Source: Magnetococcales bacterium (GTDB lineage Bacteria > Pseudomonadota > Magnetococcia > Magnetococcales > DC0425bin3). Taken from it: a stretch of DNA of 64,000 nucleotides. The notes under the pieces were generated by a model. The model made no database searches. It had not been told where the DNA came from and was given only the letters and a program-made list of their open reading frames with translations. The position numbers were made by a program, and so were the translations under genes. The stretch covers positions 1,048 through 65,047 of the forward strand of contig JADGCO010000011.1 in assembly GCA_015228935.1 (NCBI GenBank), given 5' to 3'. How positions within the stretch are numbered: the first letter of the stretch is position 1; every line of letters starts with the position of its first letter. Of the stretch, positions 45,410 to 54,594 are shown in pieces.

Positions 45410-45796
45410 TTATTTTGCCAATTTTGTCTTGGCGGCATCGTAAGCGTTGGCACCTGATTTCATCTGTTCAACCTGACCGGAGATCGATGGTTTTTTCCCT
45501 TTATCTTCCGTGAGTTTTTGATAAAGGACCTCTTTCAATCCCAATCCATTGGCACGACGGCTGATCCGGTCGGCATATTCAGAATCCAGCATTTCCCGGA
45601 AAATCTTCTCTCCGTTCCCTTTTTTTATCAAGGCGTTTTCGCCTTCGTCGGGAATGGTTTGCCGCATGGCACCGAGCATTTGCCGGACAAAGATGGCCTC
45701 GAAATCGGCGACGGCCTCCTTGAGACGTTTTCTCTCCCCGGCGGGCAACGAACTGGTATAGGCATTATCGGGAAGCTGTACGGGTATGCTGCTCAT
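45410..45796 (-). CDS. flgJ: Flagellar rod-binding protein (FlgJ N-terminal domain only)
   Basis: FEAIFVRQMLGAMRQ...KIFREMLDSEYADRIS. There is no muramidase domain. Confidence 0.7.
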   Translation of the reverse strand: MSSIPVQLPDNAYTSSLPAGERKRLKEAVADFEAIFVRQMLGAMRQTIPDEGENALIKKGNGEKIFREMLDSEYADRISRRANGLGLKEVLYQKLTEDKGKKPSISGQVEQMKSGANAYDAAKTKLAK

Positions 45797-46932
45797 AAAA
45801 TCTCCAGATCCGCTTGCAGGGCACCGGCGGCCTTGATGGCCTGCAAGATGGCGATAAGATCCCGGGGCGTCACCCCAACCCCATTCAAGCCCTTGACCAG
45901 ATCTCCCAGGGTCACGCCCTGTTCCATTTCCACCAGGCGGGCTTCCTGCTCTTTGACATTGACATTGGTTTGCGGCGTGACCACGGTTTTTCCGTCGCTC
46001 ATGGGAGCGGGCTGGCTGACCTTGGGATTTTCCGTGACCCGGATGCTCAGGCTGCCATGCGACAGAGCCACGGTGGAGACCCGCACATTGTCGCCCATGA
46101 CAATGGTTCCTGTCCGTTCATTGACCACGATGCGGGCGGCCTGATCCGGTTCCACTTGCAGGTTTTCCAGTCGGGAGACAAACTCCACCACCCGTTTGGC
46201 ATAGGTGGGAGGAATCTTGACATCCACGGTGCCGGAGTCGCGGGCCTGGGCCAGGGGATCGCCCATCTGGGCATTGATGGCGCTCACCACCCGGTTGGCG
46301 GTCGTAAAGTCAGGATTGCGCAAGCCCAATTGCAGGGCACTTTCGCCGTTCAACCTGAAATCGACTTCGCGTTCGATGATGGCCCCACCCGCAATACGGG
46401 CCACGGTCGGGTGATTTTTTTGGACATTCTGTCCGCCACCCTGGGCTGCAAAGCCGCCCACCGATACCGCTCCCTGCGCCACGGCATAGATGCGGCCATC
46501 GGCTCCCTTGAGGGGGGTCATCACCAGGGTACCACCTTGCAGGCTTTTGGCGTCACCGAGGGAGGAGAGCGTTACGTCCACCGTGCTTCCCTGCCGAGCA
46601 AAGGGCGGCAACGTGGACGTGACAATCACCGCCGCGACGTTTTTGACCTTGACCCCCTGCTCGATATTGATGCCCATCCGCTCCAGCATCATGCGCATGG
46701 ACTGGGTGGTGAACGAGGTACTGGAGTCCCCGGTGCCATTGAGACCGACCACGAGGCCAAAACCGGTCAGCGGGTTGTCGCGCACCCCTTCGATATTGAC
46801 CACATCCTTGAGACGGGCCGCATCGGCATCCTGAACGGCGAGTGGCAACACCAGGGCCATGCCCGCCAGCCAAATGGCCAAAGCTCTCTTCTCTCTCTGC
46901 ATCACTGCATTCCCTGCCATGTCCATCATCAC
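45793..46932 (-). CDS. flgI: Flagellar P-ring protein FlgI
   Basis: RLKDVVNIEGVRDNPLTGFGLVVGLNGTGD and the C-terminal LQAIKAAGALQADLEIL. Confidence 0.95.
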   Translation of the reverse strand: MMMDMAGNAVMQREKRALAIWLAGMALVLPLAVQDADAARLKDVVNIEGVRDNPLTGFGLVVGLNGTGDSSTSFTTQSMRMMLERMGINIEQGVKVKNVAAVIVTSTLPPFARQGSTVDVTLSSLGDAKSLQGGTLVMTPLKGADGRIYAVAQGAVSVGGFAAQGGGQNVQKNHPTVARIAGGAIIEREVDFRLNGESALQLGLRNPDFTTANRVVSAINAQMGDPLAQARDSGTVDVKIPPTYAKRVVEFVSRLENLQVEPDQAARIVVNERTGTIVMGDNVRVSTVALSHGSLSIRVTENPKVSQPAPMSDGKTVVTPQTNVNVKEQEARLVEMEQGVTLGDLVKGLNGVGVTPRDLIAILQAIKAAGALQADLEIL

Positions 46933-47071
46933 TGCATTCCTTGCCAGAGGTACAAAAGTTCCGTGTCAGACCTCTTCACATCGAAAGATACCGGCATCAG
47001 GTTGACAAGAGGTTCGACGCAAACATCAGGCCAGAAAAAGGTTTGCGGTTGCTGCAACAAACATCTCCGCT

Positions 47072-47773
47072 TCAAAAGATGCGCACATTGGTGAGAAAGC
47101 GCTGAAACCAACTCGGCTGCTGCTGGTCATCGATGTCGCCATCACCGGAAAATTCAATCCGGGCATCGGCAATCTGGTTGGAACGGATGGAGTTGTTGCC
47201 ACTGATATCTTCCGGACGAATGATGCCGGAGAGAATGATAAACTGGTTTTCGTTATTGACCGTGATATCGCGCCGCCCTTCGACGCGCAGGTTGCCATTG
47301 GGCAGGACCTCGGTCACCACACAGGACATGGTGGCGCTCAGGTTGCCGCTGCGGGTGGTACTGCCTTCGCCGGTATGGTCATGATTGCTCTTGATTTTGG
47401 CGGCATCGGTAAACTTGCTCAGGCCCCCTTTTTGTATGGCCGCAGTCAGGCCGAAAAGCCCGCCCAGATCAACTTCGTCTTCCCCTTTGCGTTTCAGTTC
47501 GGTCTTGGCATTTTTCTTGGCGGTGGCATTTTCGGTGATCATCACGGTGACCAGATCGCCGACATTGCGCGCCTTGTTGTCCAAAAACAGGGTGTTGCGG
47601 TCGGAGCTTTGCCAGATGGAGCCTTTTTTGGGATCCATCACTTCCGGGGGAATCGGCTTGACGTAGGCGGTTGGCGTGGGGGGACGTTGGGCTGCCCGGG
47701 TCATGCCGCCGCAACCACTGCCGAGGAGTGCTGTCGCCATCAAAAACACCGGCATGATTCGCTTGATACGCAT
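47072..47773 (-). CDS. flgH: Flagellar L-ring lipoprotein FlgH
   Basis: Lipobox LLGSGC, GSIWQ...LFLDNKARNVGDLVTVMI and the C-terminus GWFQRFL. The ATG at 47773 is preceded by GGAG. Confidence 0.92.
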   Translation of the reverse strand: MRIKRIMPVFLMATALLGSGCGGMTRAAQRPPTPTAYVKPIPPEVMDPKKGSIWQSSDRNTLFLDNKARNVGDLVTVMITENATAKKNAKTELKRKGEDEVDLGGLFGLTAAIQKGGLSKFTDAAKIKSNHDHTGEGSTTRSGNLSATMSCVVTEVLPNGNLRVEGRRDITVNNENQFIILSGIIRPEDISGNNSIRSNQIADARIEFSGDGDIDDQQQPSWFQRFLTNVRIF

Positions 47774-47897
47774 ACCATTTCTCCGTTCCACGACCAACTG
47801 TCACCTGTCTCGGGTCAACCCCGCTTGACGACCAACCCTCACATCTCTCAGATCAACCCTGCTTGACGACCAACCAACCGTCACCCACTGCGAAACT

Positions 47898-48641
47898 TCA
47901 TGGGGACATGACTTCCACATGACCCGGACCCGTCACCCTGGCCAGAAAGCGCCGGCGACTGTTGGGATTCTGGATTTCGATGGCCTCACCGATCCGACCC
48001 TTGGCCATGGCCACACCGGACGTCTCAATATTCAGGCCACCCTGGTTCAGATGGACCTGGACCCGGTCGCCTCGATCCACGGCCATGGGAAATTCAAACC
48101 AGTTCATCTGCAAAGGGACACCGGCTGGCAGGGCACGTTTCGCCATCATTCCGGCCACCTTGTCCATCTGTTCCGCACCAAAGATGCCAAACACGGGCCG
48201 CGTGAGGGTCAACTCTTTTGTTTCCAGATCCTCTTTTCGCACCACTTCGCCGCGCTGCAACGGGCGTTGCAAGACCAGGATCGGTTTTTCCTGGTGAATG
48301 ACGACCTGGGTACGCACCTGACCTTTCGGGACGCCATTTTCCAAGACGGTGACGGCAAGTTCCCGGCGACCCGGTTCCAGCCCCGACTGGGGCAGATCCA
48401 CCTGCACGGAGAGGGAGGAGTCCGCTGGAGTGGGTTTTTCCTCATCAATTTCCAGACCCGTGCGACAATAGACCCGGCTCGCAACAAACCCTTCCCCGCG
48501 CTGGGTCAACTCCGCAGCCAGCTCTTTTTCCACCAGGCTGGTCAGCACCTGACGCTCCACCTGTCTGGCGAGGAGATCCCCGTTCCAGAACAGACTCAGC
48601 GCCATCAGCAGAGTCCCCCCTATGTGGGCAGGTTTGAACAT
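47898..48641 (-). CDS. flgA: Flagellar P-ring assembly chaperone FlgA
   Basis: SAF/FlgA pattern: ...RGEVVRKEDL..., GDRVQV..., AMAKGRIGEAIEIQNPNSRRRFLARV. Confidence 0.8.
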   Translation of the reverse strand: MFKPAHIGGTLLMALSLFWNGDLLARQVERQVLTSLVEKELAAELTQRGEGFVASRVYCRTGLEIDEEKPTPADSSLSVQVDLPQSGLEPGRRELAVTVLENGVPKGQVRTQVVIHQEKPILVLQRPLQRGEVVRKEDLETKELTLTRPVFGIFGAEQMDKVAGMMAKRALPAGVPLQMNWFEFPMAVDRGDRVQVHLNQGGLNIETSGVAMAKGRIGEAIEIQNPNSRRRFLARVTGPGHVEVMSP

Positions 48642-48683
48642 GTTGCGTTTCCTGTGCCGATCTTCATGATTTATGGGGTGTCA

Positions 48684-49493
48684 TTACCGTTTCAGGTTGG
48701 AGACCAGACTCAGCATGTCATCGGCGGTCCGGATCCCCTTGGAGTTGATTTCGTAGGCACGTTGGGTGGAGATCATGTCCACCATTTCCGTCACCATGCT
48801 GACGTTCGAGTTTTCCTTGTAGTGTTGTTTGACCGAACCCATCCCCTCTTCGCCCGGATTGGCCAGCACCGGGGTTCCGGAGGCTTCACTGGCCTTGAAG
48901 AGGTTGTTGCCGACGGCGGTCAAGCCTGCCGGATTCACAAATCGGGCCAACTGGATTTGTCCGACGCCGGCGGTAAATCCGGGGGTACCGTTGTCGGCCA
49001 GGCCGATGCTGCCCGAACTTTCGATGGCGACCCCCGTATGCTGGTTCGGGTTGAGGCCGATGGCCCCGCCGACCAGTTGATAGCCGTCGGTGGTCACGAT
49101 GTTGCCGTTGGTGTCTATGTGGAACGATCCGTCCCGGGTGTAGGCGATATCGCCATTGGGCATCTGCACCTGGAAAAATCCCTGACCGTTGACCATCATT
49201 TCCACATTCATGGGATCATCGCTGGTTTGGACCGGGTTGCCCTGGCTGAAATCCTTGCTGACCGCCGAGGCGCGTGTGCCATGACCCAGTTGGATCCCGA
49301 CCGGCAATTTTGTCCCGGCACCGGAGGTTTCGCTGCCGGCGGCGCGCATGTTCTGGTAGAGCAGGTCCTGAAACTCGGTACGGGAATGTTTGAAGCCGGT
49401 GGTATTGACGTTGGCCAGATTGTTGGCGATCACGTCAATGTTGAGCTGTTGCGCCTGCATGCCTGTCGCTGATGTCCAAAGTGCGCGTATCAT
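48684..49493 (-). CDS. flgG: Flagellar distal rod protein FlgG
   Basis: MIRALWTSATGMQAQQLNIDVIANNLANVNTTGFK...the C-terminal EINSKGIRTADDML. Confidence 0.95.
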   Translation of the reverse strand: MIRALWTSATGMQAQQLNIDVIANNLANVNTTGFKHSRTEFQDLLYQNMRAAGSETSGAGTKLPVGIQLGHGTRASAVSKDFSQGNPVQTSDDPMNVEMMVNGQGFFQVQMPNGDIAYTRDGSFHIDTNGNIVTTDGYQLVGGAIGLNPNQHTGVAIESSGSIGLADNGTPGFTAGVGQIQLARFVNPAGLTAVGNNLFKASEASGTPVLANPGEEGMGSVKQHYKENSNVSMVTEMVDMISTQRAYEINSKGIRTADDMLSLVSNLKR

Positions 49494-49528
49494 GTTCTGC
49501 TTCTCCTGGGGAAAACCCTGACGTTACC

Positions 49529-50341
49529 TTACCGCAATCTGCCAATCTGGACATTGGCTTGTTCATCCAGGGAATCCATGGTTTGAATCATTTTCATGTA
49601 GCTTTCGAAGGCCCGGTGCGAATCGATCATCTGGGTCATTTCCCGGATTGATTCGGTGTTGGAGCCTTCCAGAAAGCCCTGGTGGAATCCCCCCTCGCCC
49701 ACTTCTTCGATGGGCGTTTCCTGATCCTGGGGTGCCGAATAGATATTCTTGCCGGCCTTGGTCAGCATGTTGGTGGGAATTTTGACGCGCTCCAACTGGG
49801 CGATGGGGCCGTTGGCATCGCTCATGGATCCATCCTTGGCAATATTGATCTGGCCATCGGATTCGATGACAATCGGGGCACCGCCGCTTCCCAATACCTG
49901 GAAGCCATCCTTGGTCACCAGTTCCCGGTTGGCGTTGATCACAAAGGAGCCATCCCGGGTATAGCGTCGCCCATTCGGGGTATTCAGCACAAAAAATCCA
50001 TCGCCTTCGATGGCCACATCAAGGGGATTGCCGGTATCCTTCATGCTCCCCTGGGTCATGTCCGTGGTCGTGTTGATGGCCATGGGGTAGGTCATGCGAT
50101 AGGCGTTGGCTGCCGGGTTGCTGAACGGAAATGGAATATCTCCGGGACCGCGCAACCCCATGAAGGAGTCCGTGGGCAGGGGAAACTGCTCCGGACCTGG
50201 TTTGGTCATGTACGATTCGAACGAGGCCCGGTCGCCTTTGAAACCGGTGGTATTGACGTTGGCGAGGTTATTGGCCAACACTTCCAGCCGCAAACCGATA
50301 CGACGCGCCCCGTTGACCGCTGCGTAGAGACCACTATCCAT
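49529..50341 (-). CDS. flgF: Flagellar proximal rod protein FlgF
   Basis: MDSGLYAAVNGA...LANNLANVNTTGFK. The ATG at 50341 is preceded by AGGAG. Confidence 0.85.
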   Translation of the reverse strand: MDSGLYAAVNGARRIGLRLEVLANNLANVNTTGFKGDRASFESYMTKPGPEQFPLPTDSFMGLRGPGDIPFPFSNPAANAYRMTYPMAINTTTDMTQGSMKDTGNPLDVAIEGDGFFVLNTPNGRRYTRDGSFVINANRELVTKDGFQVLGSGGAPIVIESDGQINIAKDGSMSDANGPIAQLERVKIPTNMLTKAGKNIYSAPQDQETPIEEVGEGGFHQGFLEGSNTESIREMTQMIDSHRAFESYMKMIQTMDSLDEQANVQIGRLR

Positions 50342-50381
50342 CGAGGCATCTCCTGTTGTTGGAATCCTGCCCGGAAACCAA

Positions 50382-50397
50382 AGCAACCCGCATGCCA
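50382..50397 (-). promoter_or_regulatory. Candidate sigma-54 promoter upstream of flgF
   Basis: The minus strand reads TGGCATGCGGGTTGCT, against the consensus TGGCAC-N5-TTGCW. It lies 41-56 nt upstream of the flgF start. Confidence 0.5.
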
Positions 50398-50531
50398 CCA
50401 GGAGAATATTGCCGGTTTTGCTGACATCCTCCCTGTTCTGGAGGCCCCTGCCTCTCTGGTTGCCGTCGAAATGGTGGCAGTTTTTGCCAGGGGGGGAAAA
50501 TTTGACTCCTGACCTGCAAAGGATTCACGCC

Positions 50532-51371
50532 ATGCCGACCGACCCGACCCCGGATGCTGCCCTGCTCGATTTGATTGCCCTTGTGGCGCGATTGCGGTCT
50601 CCGGAGGGGTGCCCCTGGGACCGGGTGCAGACTCTGGCCTCGCTCACCCCGCACACCATCGAGGAGGCTTACGAGGTGGTAGAAGCCATCGAGACCAACC
50701 AGCCCGAGCAATTGCGGCAAGAGTTGGGAGATCTGTTGTTTCATGTGATCCTCTACAGTCAGATTGCACAGGAAGAGGGTCACTTCACTTTGACGGATGT
50801 CATTCAAGAGGTCACCAAAAAAATGCGGCGGCGGCATCCGCATGTGTTTGGTCCCCAACGTCAGGAGGTGGCTGAACAAGTGGCCCTGGAGGGGGTGGAG
50901 CGTTTGCGCCACAACTGGGAGACGATCAAGCGCCAGGAAAAACAGGTCGATTCCGCAACCATCCCGTCGGTGTTCGATGGTCTTCCCAACGCCTTGCCGG
51001 CATTGCATCTTGCCTACAAGGTCCAGCAAAAAATGGCCCGGATTGGTTTTGACTGGCCGGAGCCGGCCCCGGTGCTGGCCAAGGTGCATGAGGAACTGGC
51101 CGAGCTGGAACAGGCACGCATGGATGCCGACCCTTCTGCCATCGAAGAGGAAATCGGCGATGTTCTCTTCACCCTGGCCAATTACGCCCGCCATCTGAAA
51201 ATCAATCCGGAAAAAGCCTTGCGGCGTTCCACCTTGAAGTTTCAAAATCGCTTTCGTTATATTGAACAACGCCTGCGTGAAGAAGGATTGTCCGTCCACG
51301 ATGTCCCTTTGGAGCGTCTGGAGAGCCTCTGGCAGGAGAGCAAGCGGCAGAAGAAAGATCGCGTTGGCTAA
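50532..51371 (+). CDS. mazG: Nucleoside triphosphate pyrophosphohydrolase MazG
   Basis: LRSPEGCPWDRVQTLASLTPHTIEEAYEVVEAIE plus a second MazG repeat (EELAELEQA...EEIGDVLFTL). The start is at ATG 50532. Confidence 0.88.
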   Translation: MPTDPTPDAALLDLIALVARLRSPEGCPWDRVQTLASLTPHTIEEAYEVVEAIETNQPEQLRQELGDLLFHVILYSQIAQEEGHFTLTDVIQEVTKKMRRRHPHVFGPQRQEVAEQVALEGVERLRHNWETIKRQEKQVDSATIPSVFDGLPNALPALHLAYKVQQKMARIGFDWPEPAPVLAKVHEELAELEQARMDADPSAIEEEIGDVLFTLANYARHLKINPEKALRRSTLKFQNRFRYIEQRLREEGLSVHDVPLERLESLWQESKRQKKDRVG

Positions 51372-51388
51372 ACAATACTGGGCTGATT

Positions 51389-51815
51389 ATGGGAGCCGAA
51401 AAAATGGTCCGGAGTCGTGAGTATCGGGAAGGATTATTGGAGTCTCTGCAAGAGGTTTCCGAAGCGGCGGAATATCTCAACGCAGCATTGGCAGAGGGTG
51501 ACCAGCAACTTTTCCTGAATGCCTTGAAAAATGTCGCCGAGGCTCAGAACAATTCAGGCCACCTGAAAAAATTGGCTGACCAGAACCTGGTTCCTTTCAT
51601 GTGATATGGAGCCTGAACAAAACAACCCAGTCATTTGCAACCTGGACGCACTGCTGCACACCATGGGATCAAGGCTGGCTGTCCAGACGGTCGAACCACA
51701 AAGCAACGCAGTAACGAGCATATCTGGAGGCGCAGGTGAGTACATTCGAGTTGTCGCAGGATTTGGAAAAAGAGTTTTTGATCATATCGGAACAAACCGG
51801 AAAATCCCTGGATGA
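51389..51815 (+). pseudogene. Addiction-module antidote (HigA/TIGR02684-like) gene split by a frameshift
   Basis: Frame 1 reads ...AAEYLNAALAEGDQQLFLNALKNVAEAQ... and stops at 51604. The C-terminal motif NNPVICNLDALLHTMGSRLAVQ continues in another frame from 51606. No partner toxin lies upstream. Confidence 0.5.
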
Positions 51816-51996
51816 GTTGATCACGGATGCCCTGAACAACTACCTGGAGGAGATGGAAGCGCAGCAGGATTTGGCCGATGACACCGAGGATGCCCGTTTG
51901 ATCCAGGAACGGCTGGAACTTTGGGAAAAACAAGGGTGTCCAGGGATTTCTCTTGAAGAGTATGCTCGAACCCGGTCCCTGGGTCGTAACGAATGA
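51736..51996 (+). CDS. relB: Ribbon-helix-helix antitoxin (RelB-like)
   Basis: 86-aa ORF reading ...LEKEFLIISEQTGKSLDELITDALNNYLEE. Its stop overlaps the start of the RelE gene (ATGA). Confidence 0.6.
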   Translation: MSTFELSQDLEKEFLIISEQTGKSLDELITDALNNYLEEMEAQQDLADDTEDARLIQERLELWEKQGCPGISLEEYARTRSLGRNE

Positions 51997-52247
51997 GTTG
52001 GCGTGTCATTATTGATTCTTCTGCACAAAAAGAACTCGATGCCCTGGACAAGAAGACAAGGGAGCGTGTAGCCGCAGCCTTGTTTCGTCTGAAAAATAAT
52101 CCTTTTTCGGCATCCAATGTCAAGGCCTTGGCAGGAGGCGGATATCGGCTACGTGTGGGAAATTATCGAATCCTTTATACCATGAAAAACGAGATTTTAT
52201 TGATTCTTGTATTCAAGATTGCCCATCGAGGAAAGGTTTATCGCTGA
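51993..52247 (+). CDS. relE: RelE/StbE-family mRNA interferase toxin
   Basis: SAQKELDALDKKTRERV...GGGYRLRVGNYRILYTMKNEILLILVFKIAHRGKVYR. Confidence 0.8.
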   Translation: MSWRVIIDSSAQKELDALDKKTRERVAAALFRLKNNPFSASNVKALAGGGYRLRVGNYRILYTMKNEILLILVFKIAHRGKVYR

Positions 52248-52557
52248 TCTGCCAGGGGACCATGTTTCGTCTCTTGAGAATATCAGCGACACATGAATAT
52301 TTTGTTTTTATTCACTATACCACCCTCAATTTTTTATCAATATTTTTCTCTCCTTTCCGGCACATGAACGGCTTTTTGTTGATAAGAAAATGTTTTATAT
52401 TGTAAGCAGGAAATAACATCAGCTTGCAACGTTCTTGATTTCAATTAATAAATATATATTCCGTTAAATCATTTCCCCATTTCCGGCAAAAAACTTTCAG
52501 CAATATGTCCCCGCCGGCAAGCGAAGGTGCCAAAGGAAGGCACTGGCGGACCAGACC

Positions 52558-52782
52558 TTGACCGGAAAATACATTGAACCGTTTTCACGTTACCCATCCC
52601 AACGGGAAGTGTTGTATCCTCCCGGCAAGGAATTCATCATAGTGTCTGTCCGAGAAGGAAAGGATGGCTTGATCGAGGTAGAGATGAAGGAGAGAAGACA
52701 TGACCGGGGTAAAAATATACCATCCCAACGAGAAAATCCCTCCGAGTGTCTGGGATCAGATGAAAGCTTCCGGCGAGGTTGA
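52558..52782 (+). pseudogene. Possible C-terminal remnant of an ADP-ribosyltransferase-type toxin
   Basis: FSRYPSQREVLYPPGKEFIIVSV resembles the Q/E-x-E catalytic-loop region of ART toxins. The fragment starts at TTG directly after AT-rich non-coding DNA. There is no N-terminal part. Confidence 0.25.
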
Positions 52783-52883
52783 TTTCTGATGCCCGGCATC
52801 ATGAAACCCAGGAGGCATTGGGGGCTGGTTGGCAAAAAAGGGCCATGTGGTAAAATCCACCATCCCTCAACAGAGTATTTCTG

Positions 52884-53750
52884 GTGGATGCCCCCATGAC
52901 CCCTGCGGAATTGTTTGAACGTCTGGCCCTGGGTGAAGACAGCCGGCACCAGTTCAAGGCCGATGTCAAAAATGACACATCCCTGGCCGCCGAAATGGCG
53001 GATGAGGGTATGGTGCATGCCGATGTCGTTCCCGTGGACGGCACCACGCTGGCTGATTTTGATACCAAATCATTCCAGGCCTATTTCCAGAAACGCTACG
53101 AAAAAGAGCTGATGCAGTCAGAACTGCCCCTGTCCCAACTCCTGAACAATCTCAATCTCGCCCAAAACGGCACACTCAATCTGGCCGGTCTGCTCCTGTT
53201 CGGCCAGGATCCACAACGCTGGAGACCCCAGTTCATGATCAAGGGCATGACCTACCCAGGCACTGAAATCGACCTGGATACCTATATGGATTGCCAGGAT
53301 ATTTTTGGGGCCTTTCCGGATCTGTTCCGCCAGGCCGTGGCCTTTGTCCTCCGCAATCTGCGCCACATCCAGGATGGCCAGGGGATCAACTCCAAGGGAC
53401 GCCCGGAAATTCCGCGCCTCGTCCTCGAAGAAATGCTGGTCAATGCCCTGGTCCACCGGGATTATTTCATCGCGGCCCCCATCCGGGTTTTCATCTACTC
53501 CGACCGGGTGGAAATCATCAGCCCGGGTCACCTGCCCAACCATCTGCGGATCGAACACATTCAGCACGGCATTACCAACCAGAGCAATCCGGTCCTCGCC
53601 TCCCACGCCAGCCACCTGTTGCCCTACCAGGGTATCGGCACCGGCATCACGCGGGCTTTGCGCGCCTACCCGGCCATCACTTTCACGGACGACCGCGATG
53701 GCAACCAGTTCAAGGTCTGCATGCAACGGCGCAACACAAACCCCGCCTGA
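52884..53750 (+). CDS. ATP-binding protein with a HATPase_c_4 / RecG-C-terminal-like domain and a truncated AlbA_2 N-terminus
   Basis: GEDSRHQFK (AlbA_2 start), then LEEMLVNALVHRDY, IYSDRVEIISPG and GTGITRA. At 288 aa it is much shorter than typical family members. Confidence 0.55.
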   Translation: MDAPMTPAELFERLALGEDSRHQFKADVKNDTSLAAEMADEGMVHADVVPVDGTTLADFDTKSFQAYFQKRYEKELMQSELPLSQLLNNLNLAQNGTLNLAGLLLFGQDPQRWRPQFMIKGMTYPGTEIDLDTYMDCQDIFGAFPDLFRQAVAFVLRNLRHIQDGQGINSKGRPEIPRLVLEEMLVNALVHRDYFIAAPIRVFIYSDRVEIISPGHLPNHLRIEHIQHGITNQSNPVLASHASHLLPYQGIGTGITRALRAYPAITFTDDRDGNQFKVCMQRRNTNPA

Positions 53751-53896
53751 CCCTGGCCGGAAAGCGTACTTAACGAACAGGGAACCGTCATGGAGCAACA
53801 TTTCTTAAGGATAAAAAAAATTTATTAAAAATTCATTTGAACAAAAAATTTTTTGGTATTATGGTGTCTTGACAGGGAGGGTGCCGACAAGGCACC

Positions 53897-54568
53897 ATGT
53901 CCCGCAAGTTTAGAAGATGGCTATTTTCTAATATTCAGCCAACGCCCTTGGATCATAAGGATTTGAAAGCCATCCTGGCCACGCGCAACCGGAAAAAGGT
54001 CGAAGAGTTTCAGCGGGTGCTGAAAGAAACTTCGTTGACGCTGCTCGACCTGCGAGAATATCCCGATGCACCGGAAGTGGTAGAGGATGGGACGACGTTT
54101 ACGGAAAACGCCGTCAAGAAGGCGCTTCAGACAGCACGGTTTACCGGCCTGCCCGCACTGGCGGACGACTCGGGACTGGAAGTGGATGCCCTGGGCAAAC
54201 GACCCGGAGTCCACTCGGCCCGCTACGCAGGACCGGATGCCACGGACCGGCAAAACCTGGAAAAATTGTTGGTGGAGTTGGAAAAATGTCCGGCATCGGC
54301 ACGCACGGCGCGTTTTGTCTGCGTTCTGGCCATGGCGGACCCATCCGGGCGCACCCGCACCTTTGAAGGACGGGTGGAAGGGCGTATCGCTCCGGCACCA
54401 CAAGGAGAAAACGGTTTTGGCTACGATCCGGTGTTCATCCCAGAGGGCAGGGAACAAACCTTCGCCCAAATGCCCGCCACCGACAAGGACGCCATGAGCC
54501 ACCGTGGACGCGCCATCGCCAGCCTGATTGCGGCGCTGCATGATCATAACAGGCCGGTGTTGGCCTGA
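53897..54568 (+). CDS. rdgB: dITP/XTP pyrophosphatase (RdgB/HAM1 family)
   Basis: [34 protein letters not shown] and SHRGRA. Confidence 0.88.
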   Translation: MSRKFRRWLFSNIQPTPLDHKDLKAILATRNRKKVEEFQRVLKETSLTLLDLREYPDAPEVVEDGTTFTENAVKKALQTARFTGLPALADDSGLEVDALGKRPGVHSARYAGPDATDRQNLEKLLVELEKCPASARTARFVCVLAMADPSGRTRTFEGRVEGRIAPAPQGENGFGYDPVFIPEGREQTFAQMPATDKDAMSHRGRAIASLIAALHDHNRPVLA

Positions 54569-54594
54569 TTCTTTTAGCGGAGGAGGAATATTAC

